64,000 nt of DNA from Utricularia gibba (Eukaryota > Plantae > Magnoliophyta), in NCBI GenBank assembly GCA_002189035.1, contig NEEC01000041.1, forward strand, positions 62,001 to 126,000, written 5' to 3'. Position 1 is the stretch's first letter. Each line of letters opens with the position of its first letter. This document shows, piece by piece, positions 49,001-63,000 of the stretch. Position numbers and translations under genes: made by a program. The notes below the pieces were generated by a model that did not search any database, was not told where the DNA came from, and worked only from the letters and a program-made list of their open reading frames with translations.

Positions 49001-52000
49001 ACGGTGATTCATGCACATAGCATACCGTTTCGAAGCTCGTTCCGAGCCGGTCTTCTTTCGTGTTGAGAACTTGTTCGTCCGAGGAGGCACAAATGCTCGA
49101 AAGATTGCCTTAAGATGTGCAACGAAGTGGCCACAACGTTCGCGACGATGCGACTCGGGACACCCGACTCGATGCGAATGTGATTTTCGGCATGCAAGAC
49201 ATATGTATTTCATGGGACGATGTGAAATTTGGATTTCGAGATGATCATTTAAGATGCCATGGGTGTGTCCCTAGCCACAACCTCATGGTGGCCTCGTGCG
49301 ATCGAGTGCTTGCAAACGGTGATGAGTCATGTTGCACATAGCATACCGTTTCGAAGCTCGTTCCGAGCCGGTCTTCTTTCGAGAACTTGTTCGTCCGAGG
49401 AGGCACAAATGCTCGAAAGATTGCCTTATATTAGCCTTAAATGTGCAACGAAGTGGCGTTCGCGACGATACTCGTCGATTGTGATTTTCGGCATGGACAT
49501 ATGTATTTCATGATGTGAAATTTGGATTTCGAGATGATCATTTAAGATGCCATGGGTGTGTCCCTAGCCACAACCTCATGGTGGCCTCGTGCACTCTTCG
49601 GTATCGAGTGGATATCTTGCAAATGGTGATGAGTCATGTTGCACATAGCATACCGTTTCGAAGCTCGTTCCGAGCCGGTCTTCTTTCGTGTTGAGAACTT
49701 GTTCGTCCATGAGGATATTAGGATGTGCAACGAAATGCTGCGACTCGTCGATGCCGGCATTATGTATTTCATGCCTTCAGATGTGCAACGAAGTGGCCAC
49801 CACGTTTCGCGAACACTGCTCCCTTATATTAGCACCCGACTCGAACGAATGTGATTTTTGCACATGCAAGACGATATGTATCGGGTGACGGTATCGAGTG
49901 GATAATTTGATTTCGAGATGATTGTTCATTTATATAGCCTTCAGATGTGCAACGAAGTGGCCACCACGTTCGCGACGATGCGACTCGGGACACCCGACTC
50001 GATGCGAATGTGATTTTCGGCATGCAAGACATATGTATTTCATGGGACGATGTGAAATTTGGCCATTTAAGATGCCATGGGTGTGTCCCTAGCCACAACC
50101 TCATGACTATCGAGTGGATATCTTGCAAATGCCATGAGTCATGTGTGCACATAGCCTTATATTAGCCGATGTTGGCGACGATGCTCGTCGATGCCGATGC
50201 CGGTCGAGATGATCATTTAAGATGCCATGTGTGTCCCTAGCCACAACCTCATGGTGGCCTCGTGCACTCTTCGGTATCGAGTGGATATCTTGCAAATGGT
50301 GATGAGTCATGTTGCACATAGCATACCGTTTCGAAGCTCGTTCCGAGCCGGTCTTCTTTCGTGTTGAGAACTTGTTCGTCCGAGGAGGCACAAATGCTCG
50401 AAAGATTGCCTTATATTAGCCTTAAGATGTGCAACGAAGTGGCCACCACGTTCGCGACGATGCGACTCGGGACACCCGACTCGATGCGAATGTGATTTTC
50501 GGCATGCAAGACATATGTATTTCATGGGACGATGTGAAATTTGGATTTCGAGATGATCATTTAAGATGCCATGGGTGTGTCCCTAGCCACAACCTCATGG
50601 TGGCCTCGTGCACTCTTCGGTATCGAGTGGATATCTTGCAAATGGTGATGAGTCATGTTGCACATAGCATACCGTTTCGAAGCTCGTTCCGAGCCGGTCT
50701 TCTTTCGTGTTGAGAACTTGTTCGTCCGAGGAGGCACAAATGCTCGAAAGATTGCCTTATATTAGCGTGCAACGAAGTGGCCATTCGCGACGATGCGACT
50801 CGGGACACCCGACTCGATGCGAATGTGATTTTCGGCATGCAAGACATATGTATTTCATGGGACGATGTGAAATTTGGATTTCGAGATGATCATTTAAGAT
50901 GCCATGGGTGTGTCCCTAGCCACAACCTCATGGTGGCCTCGTGCACTCTTCGGTATCGAGTGGATATCTTGCAAATGGTGATGAGTCATGTTGCACATAT
51001 CATACCGTTTCGAAGCTCGTTCCGAGCCGGTCTCTTTCGTGTTGAGAACTTGTTCGTCCGAGGAGGCACAAATGCTCGAAAGATTGCCTTATATTAGCCT
51101 TGTGCAACGAAGTGGCCACCACGTTCGCGACGATGCGACTCGGGACACCCGACTCGATGCGAATGTGATTTTCGGCATGCAAGACATATGTATTTCATGG
51201 GACGATGTGAAATTTGGATTTCGAGATGATCATTTAAGATGCCAAGTCATGGTGACTCTTCGATCGAGTGGATATCATGATGAGTCATGTTGCACATAGC
51301 AGAGAACTTGTTCGTCCGAGGAGGCACAAATGCTCGAAAGATTGCCTTATATTAGCCTTAGATGTGCAACGAAGTGGCCACACGTTCGCGACGATGCGAC
51401 TCGGGACACCCGACTCGATGCGAATGTGATTTTCGGCATGCAAGACATATGTATTTCATGGGACGATGTGAAATTTGGATTTCGAGATGATCATTTAAGA
51501 TGCCATGGGTGTGTCCCTAGCCACAACCTCATGGTGGCCTCGTGCACTCTTCGGTATCGAGTGGATATCTTGCAAACGGTGATGAGTCATGTTGCACATA
51601 GCATACCGTTTCGAAGCTCGTTCCGAGCCGGTCTTCTTTCGTGTTGAGAACTTGTTCGTCCGAGGAGGCACAAATGCTCGAAAGATTGCCTTATATTAGC
51701 CTTAAGATGTGCAACGAAGTGGCCACCACGTTCGCGACGATGCGACTCGGGACACCCGACTCGATGCGAATGTGATTTTCGGCATGCAAGACATATGTAT
51801 TTCATGGGACGATGTGAATATTTGGATTTCGAGATGATCATTTAAGATGCCATGGGTGTGTCCCTAGCCACAACCTCATGGTGGCCTCGTGCACTCTTCG
51901 GTATCGAGTGGATATCTTGCAAATGGTGATGAGTCATGTTGCACATAGCATACCGTTTCGAAGCTCGTTCCGAGCCGGTCTTCTTTCGTGTTGAGAACTT

Positions 52001-54599
52001 GTTCGTCCGAGGAGGCACAAATGCTCGAAAGATTGCCTTATATTAGCCTTAAGATGTGCAACGAAGTGGCCACCACGTTCGCGACGATGCGACTCGGGAC
52101 ACCGACTCGATGCGAATGTGATTTTCGGCATGCAAGACATATGTATTTCATGGGACGATGTGAATTTGGATTTCGAGATGATCATTTAAGATGCCATGGG
52201 TGTGTCCCTAGCCACAACCTCATGGTGGCCTCGTGCACTCTTCGGTATCGAGTGGATATCTTGCAAATGGTGATGAGTCATGTTGCACATAGCATACCGT
52301 TTCGAAGCTCGTTCCGAGCCGGTCTTCTTTCGTGTTGAGAACTTGTTCGTCCGAGGAGGCACAAATGCTCGAAAGATTGCCTTATATTAGCCTTAAGATG
52401 TGCAACGAAGTGGCCACACGTTCGCGACGATGCGACTCGGGACACCCGACTCGATGCGAATGTGATTTTCGGCATGCAAGACATATGTATTTCATGGGAC
52501 GATGTGAATATTTGGATTTCGAGATGATCATTTAAGATGCCATGGGTGTGTCCCTAGCCACAACCTCATGGTGGCCTCGTGCACTCTTCGGTATCGAGTG
52601 GATATCTTGCAAACGGTGATGAGTCATGTTGCACATAGATCAAGAACATTCCGGCAACGAAGTCTTCTGCGACTCGTCGATGCCGATTATGGTCTGATCA
52701 TTTAAGATGTGAGGAATCTGGATGCACCACGATTTTCGAAGACATTGCGTCGAGCTTCGGATTGCCTTATATTAGCCCAACGAAGTGGCCACCACGATGC
52801 GACTCGCGACTCGATGCGACGGCATGCAAGACATATGTATTTCATGGGACGATGTGAATATTTCGCGACGAGATGACTCATCGAGTGGATATCTTTGATG
52901 CATGCACAGACTCGTGAATTGTATGCTTTGCATGGATGTGCAACGAAGTGTGCGACGATATTCGATGCGAATATCGATGTGATTTCATTGTGAAATTTCG
53001 CCATGGGTGTGTCCCTAGCCACAACCTCATGGTGGCCTCGTGCACTCTTCGGTATCGAGTGGATATCTTGCAAATGATGAGTGTTGCACATAGCATACCG
53101 TTTCGAAGCTCGTTCCGAGCCGGTCTTCTTTCGTGTTGAGAACTTGTTCGTCCGAGGAGGCACAAATGCTCGAAAGATTGCCTTATATTAGCCTTAAGAT
53201 GTGCAACGAAGTGGCCACCACGTTCGCGACGATGCGACTCGGGACACCCGACTCGATGCGAATGTGATTTTCGGCATGCAAGACATATGTATTTCATGGG
53301 ACGATGTGAAATTTGGATTTCGAGATGATCATTTAAGATGCCATGGGTGTGTCCCTAGCCACAACCTCATGGTGGCCTCGTGCACTCTTCGGTATCGAGT
53401 GGATATCTTGCAAATGGTGATGAGTCATGTTGCACATAGCATACCGTTTCGAAGCTCGTTCCGAGCCGGTCTTCTTTCGTGTTGAGAACTTGTTCGTCCG
53501 AGGAGGCACAAATGCTCGAAAGATTGCCTTATATTAGCCTTAGATGTGCAACGAAGTGGCCACCGTTCGCGACGATGCGACTCGGGACACCCGACTCGAT
53601 GCGAATGTGATTTTCGGCATGCAAGACATATGTATTTCATGGGACGATGTGAAATTTGGATTTCGAGATGATCATTTAAGATGCCATGGGTGTGTCCCTA
53701 GCCACAACCTCATGGTGGCCTCGTGCACTCTTCGGTATCGAGTGGATATCTTGCAAACGGTGATGAGTCATGTTGCACATATCATACCGTTTCGAAGCTC
53801 GTTCCGAGCCGGTCTTCTTTCGTGTTGAGAACTTGTTCGTCCGAGGAGGCACAAATGCTCGAAAGATTGCCTTATATTAGCCTTAAGATGTGCAACGAAG
53901 TGGCCACACGTTCGCGACGATGCGACTCGGGACACCCGACTCGATGCGAATGTGATTTTCGGCATGCAAGACATATGTATTTCATGGGACGATGTGAATA
54001 TTTGGATTTCGAGATGATCATTTAAGATGCCATGGGTGTGTCCCTAGCCACAACCTCATGGTGGCCTCGTGCACTCTTCGGTATCGAGTGGATATCTTGC
54101 AAATGGTGATGAGTCATGTTGCACATAGCATACCGTTTCGAAGCTCGTTCCGAGCCGGTCTTCGTGTTGAGAACTTGTTCGTTGCTCGAAAGATTGCCTT
54201 ATATTAGCCTTGTTCCGAGGAGGCACAAATGCTCGAGTGCTCGATTGCCTTATATTAGCCTTAAGATGTGCAACGAAGTGGCCACACGTTCGCGACGATG
54301 CGACTCGGGACACCCGACTCGATGCGAATGTGATTTTCGGCATGCAAGACATATGTATTTCATGGGACGATGTGAAATTTGGATTTCGAGATGATCATTT
54401 AAGATGCCATGGGTGTGTCCCTAGCCACAACCTCATGGTGGCCTCGTGCACTCTTCGGTATCGAGTGGATATCTTGCAAATGGTGATGAGTCATGTTGCA
54501 CATAGCATACCGTTTCGAAGCTCGTTCCGAGCCGGTCTTCTTTCGTGTTGAGAACTTGTTCGTCCGAGGAGGCACAAATGCTCGAAAGATTGCCTTATA

Positions 54600-57500
54600 T
54601 TAGCCTTCAGATGTGCAACGAAGTGGCCACACGTTCGCGACGATGCGACTCGGGACACCCGACTCGATGCGAATGTGATTTTCGGCATGCAAGACATATG
54701 TATTTCATGGGACGATGTGAAATTTGGATTTCGAGATGATCATTTAAGATGCCATGGGTGTGTCCCTAGCCACAACCTCATGGTGGCCTCGTGCACTCTT
54801 CGGTATCGAGTGGATATCTTGCAAACGGTGATGAGTCATGTTGCACATAGCATACCGTTTCGAAGCTCGTTCCGAGCCGGTCTTCTTTCGTGTTGAGAAC
54901 TTGTTCGTCCGAGGAGGCACAAATGCTCGAAAGATTGCCTTATATTAGCCTTCAGATGTGCAACGAAGTGGCCACCACGTTCGCGACGATGCGACTCGGG
55001 ACACCGACTCGATGCGAATGTGATTTTCGGCATGCAAGACATATGTATTTCATGGGACGATGTGAATATTTGGATTTCGAGATGATCATTTAAGATGCCA
55101 TGGGTGTGTCCCTAGCCACAACCTCATGGTGGCCTCGTGCACTCTTCGGTATCGAGTGGATATCTTGCAAATGGTGATGAGTCATGTTGCACATAGCATA
55201 CCGTTTCGAAGCTCGTTCCGAGCCGGTCTTCTTTCGTGTTGAGAACTTGTTCGTCCGAGGAGGCACAAATGCTCGAAAGATTGCCTTATATTAGCCTTCA
55301 GATGTGCAACGAAGTGGCCACCACGTTCGCGACGATGCGACTCGGGACACCCGACTCGATGCGAATGTGATTTTCGGCATGCAAGACATATGTATTTCAT
55401 GGGACGATGTGAATATTTGGATTTCGAGATGATCATTTAAGATGCCATGGGTGTGTCCCTAGCCACAACCTCATGGTGGCCTCGTGCACTCTTCGGTATC
55501 GAGTGGATATCTTGCAAATGGTGATGAGTCATGTTGCACATAGCATACCGTTTCGAAGCTCGTTCCGAGCCGGTCTTCTTTCGTGTTGAGAACTTGTTCG
55601 TCCGAGGAGGCACAAATGCTCGAAAGATTGCCTTATATTAGCCTTAAGATGTGCAACGAAGTGGCCACACGTTCGCGACGATGCGACTCGGGACAACTCG
55701 ATGCGAATGTGATTTTCGGCATGCAAGACATATGTATTTCATGGGACGATGTGAAATTTGGATTTCGAGATGATCATTTAAGATGCCATGGGTGTGTCCC
55801 TAGCCACAACCTCATGGTGGCCTCGTGCACTCTTCGGTATCGAGTGGATATCTTGCAAATGGTGATGAGTCATGTTGCACATAGCATACCGTTTCGAAGC
55901 TCGTTCCGAGCCGGTCTTCTTTCGTGTTGAGAACTTGTTCGTCCGAGGAGGCACAAATGCTCGAAAGATTGCCTTATATTAGCCTTAGATGTGCAACGAA
56001 GTGGCCACCACGTTCGCGACGATGCGACTCGGGACACCCGACTCGATGCGAATGTGATTTTCGGCATGCAAGACATATGTATTTCATGCGACGATGATGA
56101 ATGGGTGTGTCCCTAGCCACAACCTCATGGTGGCCTCGTGCACTCTTCGGTATCGAGTGGATATCTTGCAAATGGTGATGAGTCATGTTGCACATAGCAT
56201 ACCGTTTCGAAGCTAGCCGGTCTTCCGTCCGTGCTCGAAAGATTGCGAGCAACGAAGTGGCCACCACGTTCTCTCGATGTGTGATATGTATTTCATGATA
56301 TCTTGCAAATCATGTTGCACATAGCGCCTTAGATGTGCAACGAAGTGGCCACCACGTTCGCGACGATGCGACTCGGGACACCCGACTCGATGCGAATGTG
56401 ATTTTCGGCATGCAAGACATATGTATTTCATGGGACGATGTGAAATTTGGATTTCGAGATGATCATTTAAGATGCCATGGGTGTGTCCCTAGCCACAACC
56501 TCATGGTGGCCTCGTGCACTCTTCGGTATCGAGTGGATATCTTGCAAACGGTGATGAGTCATGTTGCACATAGCATACCGTTTCGAAGCTCGTTCCGAGC
56601 CGGTCTTCTTTCGTGTTGAGAACTTGTTCGTCCGAGGAGGCACAAATGCTCGAAAGATTGCCTTATATTAGCCTTCAGATGTGCAACGAAGTGGCCACCA
56701 CGTTCGCGACGATGCGACTCGGGACACCGACTCGATGCGAATGTGATTTTCGGCATGCAAGACATATGGGACGATGTGAATATTTGGATTTCGAGATGAT
56801 CATTTAAGATGCCATGGGTGTGTCCCTAGCCACAACCTCATGGTGGCCTCGTGCACTCTTCGGTATCGAGTGGATATCTTGCAAATGGTGATGAGTCATG
56901 TTGCACATAGCATACCGTTTCGAAGCTCGTTCCGAGCCGGTCTTCTTTCGTGTTGAGAACTTGTTCGTCCGAGGAGGCACAAATGCTCGAAAGATTGCCT
57001 TATATTAGCCTTCAGATGTGCAACGAAGTGGCCACCACGTTCGCGACGATGCGACTCGGGACACCCGACTCGATGCGAATGTGATTTTCGGCATGCAAGA
57101 CATATGTATTTCATGGGACGATGTGAATTTTGGATTTCGAGATGATCATTTAAGATGCCATGGGTGTGTCCCTAGCCACAACCTCATGGTGGCCTCGTGC
57201 ACTCTTCGGTATCGAGTGGATATCTTGCAAATGGTGATGAGTCATGTTGCACATAGCATACCGTTTCGAAGCTCGTTCCGAGCCGGTCTTCTTTCGTGTT
57301 GAGAACTTGTTCGTCCGAGGAGGCACAAATGCTCGAAAGATTGCCTTATATTAGCCTTAGATGTGCAACGAAGTGGCCACCACGTTCGCGACGATGCGAC
57401 TCGGGACACCCGACTCGATGCGAATGTGATTTTCGGCATGCAAGACATATGTATTTCATGGGACGATGTGAATATTTCGAGATGATCATTTAAGATGCCA

Positions 57501-60500
57501 TGGGTGTGTCCCTAGCCATCATGGTGGCCTCGTGCACTCTTCGGTATCGAGTGGATATCTTGCAAATGGTGATGAGTCATGTTGCACCATACCGTTTCGA
57601 AGCTCGTTCCGAGCCGGTCTTCTTTCGTGTTGAGAACTTGTTCGTCCGAGGAGGCACAAATGCTCGAAAGATTGCCTTATATTAGCCTTCAGATGTGCAA
57701 CGAAGTGGCGTTCGCGACGATGCGACTCGGGATCGATGCCGGCATGCAAGACATATGTATTTCATGGGACGATGTGAATATTTGGATTTCGAGATGATCA
57801 TTTAAGATGCCATGGGTGTGTCCCTAGCCACAACCTCATGGTGGTGCACTCTTCGGTATCGCATCTGTCACATAGGTATCGAGTGGATATTCCGCCTCCG
57901 GTGATTCTTTTGCACGCATTGTCGTTCCGTCTGTGTTGAGAACTTGTTCGTCCGAGGAGGCACAAATGCTCGAAAGATTGCCTTATATTAGCCTTCAGAT
58001 GTGCAACGAAGTGGCCACCACGTTCGCGACGATGCGACTCGGGACACCCGACTCGGCCACATGCAAGACGTGCGATGCGATGCGACTCGGGACATCGAGT
58101 GGATATCTTGCATGACTCGATGCGAATCGTGATTTCTCGTGCATGCAAAGATTGCCTTATATTAGCCTAGATGTTGGGTGCGGACTCGATCGATGCCACA
58201 ACCGAGATGTCATGGATGCCATGGGTGTGTCCCTAGCCACAACCTCATGGTGGCCTCGTGCACTCTTCGGTATCGAGTGGATATCTTGCAAACGGTGATG
58301 AGTCATGTTGCACATAGCATACATCGTTCCGAGCACATGCTCGAAAGGCCTTATTTTAGCCTTCAATGCCGGTCCACGAGGAATCGAGTGGATGCACGTT
58401 GCGGGAAGCACACTCGTCGATGCGAATTGCCTTATATTAGCCTTACAACGAAGTGGCCACCACGTTCGCGACGATGCGACTCGGGACACCCGACTCGATG
58501 CGAATGTGATTTTCGGCATGCAAGACATATGTATTTCATGGGACGATGTGAAATATTTGGATTTCGAGATGATCATTTAAGATGCCATGGGTGTGTCCCT
58601 AGCCACAACCTCATGGTGGCCTCGTGCACTCTTCGGTATCGAGTGGATATCTTGCAATGGTGATGAGTCATGTTGCACATAGATAGCCGAAGCTCGTTCC
58701 GAGCCGGTCGACTTTCGTGTCGAAAGATTGGTCCCGAGGACACATCGAAGGTGCGTTATATTATGCGAGATGTGCACGAAGTGGCCACTCGTTCGCGACG
58801 ATGCGACTCGGGACACCCGATGATGCGAATGTGATTTCGGATGAATTTATATGGGTGTGTCGATGTTAACTTCATTGGCATGCCATGGGTGTGTCCCTAG
58901 CGACTCTTCGGTATCGAGTGGATATCAGCAAATCATGAGTCATGTTGCACATAGCACCGTTTTGCTTTCCGAGCCGGTCTTGAAGAACTTGTTCGTCCGA
59001 GGAGGCACATGCTCGAAAGATTGCCTTATATTAGCCTTACATGTTCGCGACGATGCGACTTCGATGCCATGCAAGACATATGTATTTCATGTGTCGCGGA
59101 GGACTCATCGACACCGATGATCAATTATTTTGCGGTGTGCAACGAAGTGGCGTTCGCGACGATGCGACTCGGGACTCGATGCGAATGTGATTTTCGGCAA
59201 GGGACGATGTGAATATTTCGAGATGATGATGCCATGAGCCACAACCTCATGGTGACTCTTCGGTATCGAGTGGATATCTTGCAAATGATGAGTGTTGCAC
59301 ATATCATACCGTTTCGAAGCTCGTTCCGAGCCGGTCTTCTTTCGTGTTGAGAACTTGTTCGTCCGAGGAGGCACAAATGCTCGAAAGATTGCCTTATATT
59401 AGCCTTAGATGTGCAACGAAGTGGCCACCACGTTCGCGACGATGCGACTCGGGACACCCGACTCGATGCGAATGTGATTTTCGGCATGCAAGACATATGT
59501 ATTTCATGGGACGATGTGAATTTTGGATTTCGAGATGATCATTTAAGATGCCATGGGTGTGTCCCTAGCCACAACCTCATGGTGGCCTCGTGCACTCTTC
59601 GGTATCGAGTGGATATCTTGCAAACGGTGATGAGTCATGTTGCACATAGCATACCGTTTCGAAGCTCGTTCCGAGCCGGTCTTCTTTCGTGTTGAGAACT
59701 TGTTCGTCCGAGGAGGCACAAATGCTCGAAAGATTGCCTTATATTAGCCTTCAGATGTGCAACGAAGTGGCCACCACGTTCGCGACGATGCGACTCGGGA
59801 CACCGACTCGATGCGAATGTGATTTTCGGCATATGCAACGACGAGATGATCATTTAAGATGCCATTGTGTCCCTAGCCAGGTGACTCTTCGGTATCGAGT
59901 GGATATCTTGCATCATGTTGCACATTTCGAGATGATCATTTATATTAGCCTTATGTGCAACGAAGTGGCCACACGTTCGCGACGATGCGACTCGTCGATG
60001 CCACAACATGGGACCATGGATGCCATGGGTGTGTCCCTAGCCACAACCTCATGGTGGCCTCGTGCACTCTTCGGTATCGAGTGGATATCTTGCAAACGGT
60101 GATGAGTCATGTTGCACATAGATAGCCGTGCAGGAGGCACAAATGCTCCGAGATGTGCAACGAAGTGGCTTCTGTCGTTCCGACCCTCTTCGCCGAGGCA
60201 AAATGCCAATAGGGATCGAATTATTGCCTTATATTAGCCTTAAGATGTGCACCGACGGCGCGACGATGCGACTCGGGACACCGACTCGATGCGAATGTGA
60301 TTTTCGGCATGCAAGACATATGTATTTCATGGGACGATGTGAATATTTGGATTTCGAGATGATCATTTAAGATGCCATGGGTGTGTCCCTAGCCACAACC
60401 TCATGGTGGCCTCGTGCACTCTTCGGTATCGAGTGGATATCTTGCAAATGGTGATGAGTCATGTTGCACATAGCATACCGTTTCGAAGCTCGTTCCGAGC

Positions 60501-63000
60501 CGGTCTTCTTTCGTGTTGAGAACTTGTTCGTCCGAGGAGGCACAAATGCTCGAAAGATTGCCTTATATTAGCCTTCAGATGTGCAACGAAGTGGCCACCA
60601 CGTTCGCGACGATGCGACTCGGGACACCGACTCGATGCGAATGTGATTTTCGGCATGCAAGACATATGTATTTCATGGGACGAGATGATCATTTAAGATG
60701 CCATAGCCACAACCTTGGTGGCCTCGTGCACTCTTCGGTATCGAGTGGATATCTTGCAAATGATGAGTCATGTTGCACACATACCGTTTCGAAGCTCGTT
60801 CCGAGCCGATGTTCGTCCCTAGCACAACCTCATGGTGCCTTGCACGCCTTCGGTGCATGGCGACGATGCGATCGTCGATTGCATGGACGGTGTGAATGGA
60901 TTTCGAGATGATCATTTAAGATGCCATGGGTGTGTCCCTAGCCACAACCTCATGGTGGCCTCGTGCACTCTTCGGTATCGAGTGGATATCTTGCAAATGG
61001 TGATGAGTCATGTTGCACATAGCATACCGTTTCGAAGCTCGTTCCGAGCCGGTCTTCTTTCGTGTTGAGAACTTGTTCGTCCGAGGAGGCACAAATGCTC
61101 GAAAGATTGCCTTATATTAGCCTTCAGATGTGCAACGAAGTGGCCACCACGTTCGCGACGATGCGACTCGGGACACCCGACTCGATGCGAATGTGATTTT
61201 CGGCATGCAAGACATATGTATTTCATGGGACGATGTGAATTTTGGATTTCGAGATGATCATTTAAGATGCCATGGGTGTGTCCCTAGCCACAACCTCATG
61301 GTGGCCTCGTGCACTCTTCGGTATCGAGTGGATATCTTGCAAATGGTGATGAGTCATGTTGCACATAGCATACCGTTTCGAAGCTCGTTCCGAGCCGGTC
61401 TTCTTTCGTGTTGAGAACTTGTTCGTCCGAGGAGGCACAAATGCTCGAAAGATTGCCTTATATTAGCCTTAGATGTGCAACGAAGTGGCCACCACGTTCG
61501 CGACGATGCGACTCGGGACACCGACTCGATGCGAATGTGATTTTCGGCATGCAAGACATATGTATTTCGGGACGATGTGAATATTTGGATTTCGAGATGA
61601 TCGATGCCATGAGGGACTCATCGAGTGGATATCTTGCAAATGGTGATCATGTTGCACATAGCATACCGTTTCGAAGCTCGTTCCGAGCCGGTGTGTTGCA
61701 GGAGGCACAAATGCTCGAAAGATTGCCTTATATTAGCCTTAGATGTGCAACGAAGTGGCCACCACGTTCGCGACGATGCGACTCGGGACACCGACTCGAT
61801 GCCGGCATGCAAGACATATGTATTTCATGACGATCGAGATGATCATTTAAGATGCCATGGGTGTGTCCCTAGCCACAACCTCATGGTGGCCTCGTGCACT
61901 CTTCGGTATCGAGTGGATATCTTGCAAATGATGAGTCATGTTGCACATAGCATACCGTTTCGAAGCTCGTTCCGAGCACATGCTCGATTGCCTTATATTA
62001 GCCTTCAGATGTGCAACGAAGTGGCCACCACGTTCGCGACGATGCGACTCGGGACACCGACTCGATGCGAATGTGATTTTTGCAAGACATGTGTCCCCCA
62101 TGGGAGCGACTCTTCGGTATCGAGTGGATATCTTGCAAACGTTGCACATAGCATACCGGAAGCTCAGCAGAACACATGATTGCCTTATATTAGCCGATGT
62201 GTGGCGTTCGCGACGATGCGACTCGGGACACCCGACTCGATGCGAATGTGATTTTCGGCATGCAAGACATATGTATTTCATGGGACGATGTGAATTTTGG
62301 ATTTCGAGATGATCATTTAAGATGCCATGGGTGTCCCTAGCCACAACCTCATGGTGGCCTCGTGCACTCTTCGGTATCGAGTGGATATCTTGCAAATGGT
62401 GATGAGTCATGTTGCACATAGCATACCGTTTCGAAGCTCGTTCCGAGCCGGTCTCTTTCGTGTTGAGAACTTGTTCGTCCGAGGAGGCACAAATGCTCGA
62501 AAGATTGCCTTATATTAGCCTTAATGTGCAACGAAGTGGCCACCACGTTCGCGACGATGCGACTTCGATGCCATGCAAGACATATGGGGACGACTTGACA
62601 AGCCATGGTGACTCATCCAACACGATAAGAGTTCGTCGTTCCGAGCAACGAAGTGGCTTCGCGACGATTTCGATGCGAATGTGATTTTCATGGGGTGTGA
62701 AATTTGGATTTCGAGATGATCATTTAAGATGCCATGGGTGTGTCCCTAGCCACAACCTCATGGTGGCCTCGTGCACTCTTCGGTATCGAGTGGATATCTT
62801 GCAAATCATGTTGCACATAGCATACCGTTTCGAAGCTCGTTCCGAGCCGGTCTTCTTTCGTGTTGAGAACTTGTTCGTCCGAGGAGGCACAAATGCTCGA
62901 AAGATTGCCTTATATTAGCCTTCAGATGTGCAACGAAGTGGCCACCACGTTCGCGACGATGCGACTCGGGACACCCGACTCGATGCGAATGTGATTTTCG
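54600..63000 (+). repeat. Sub-domain returning to mostly TAGCCTTCAGATG
   Basis: C allele at about 54603, 54948, 55294, 56671, 57008, 57685, 57991, 59747, 60571, 61120, 62001 and 62918; A allele only at about 55641 and 60237. Confidence 0.7.
57840..60260 (+). other. Extended degenerate zone
   Basis: Scrambled or deleted segments at about 57840-58430, 58680-59230 and 59830-60260. Confidence 0.65.

Larger units (their letters stand above)
11020..54270 (+). repeat. Sub-domain dominated by the TAGCCTTAAGATG / TAGCCTTAGATG variants, often with GTGAATATTTGG
   Basis: A or deletion allele in most copies; I saw no C allele between about 18.0 and 34.4 kb. Scattered C alleles at about 13.0, 15.6, 17.2, 34.65, 39.4-40.3, 43.0-45.5 and 49.9 kb. 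Confidence 0.75.
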
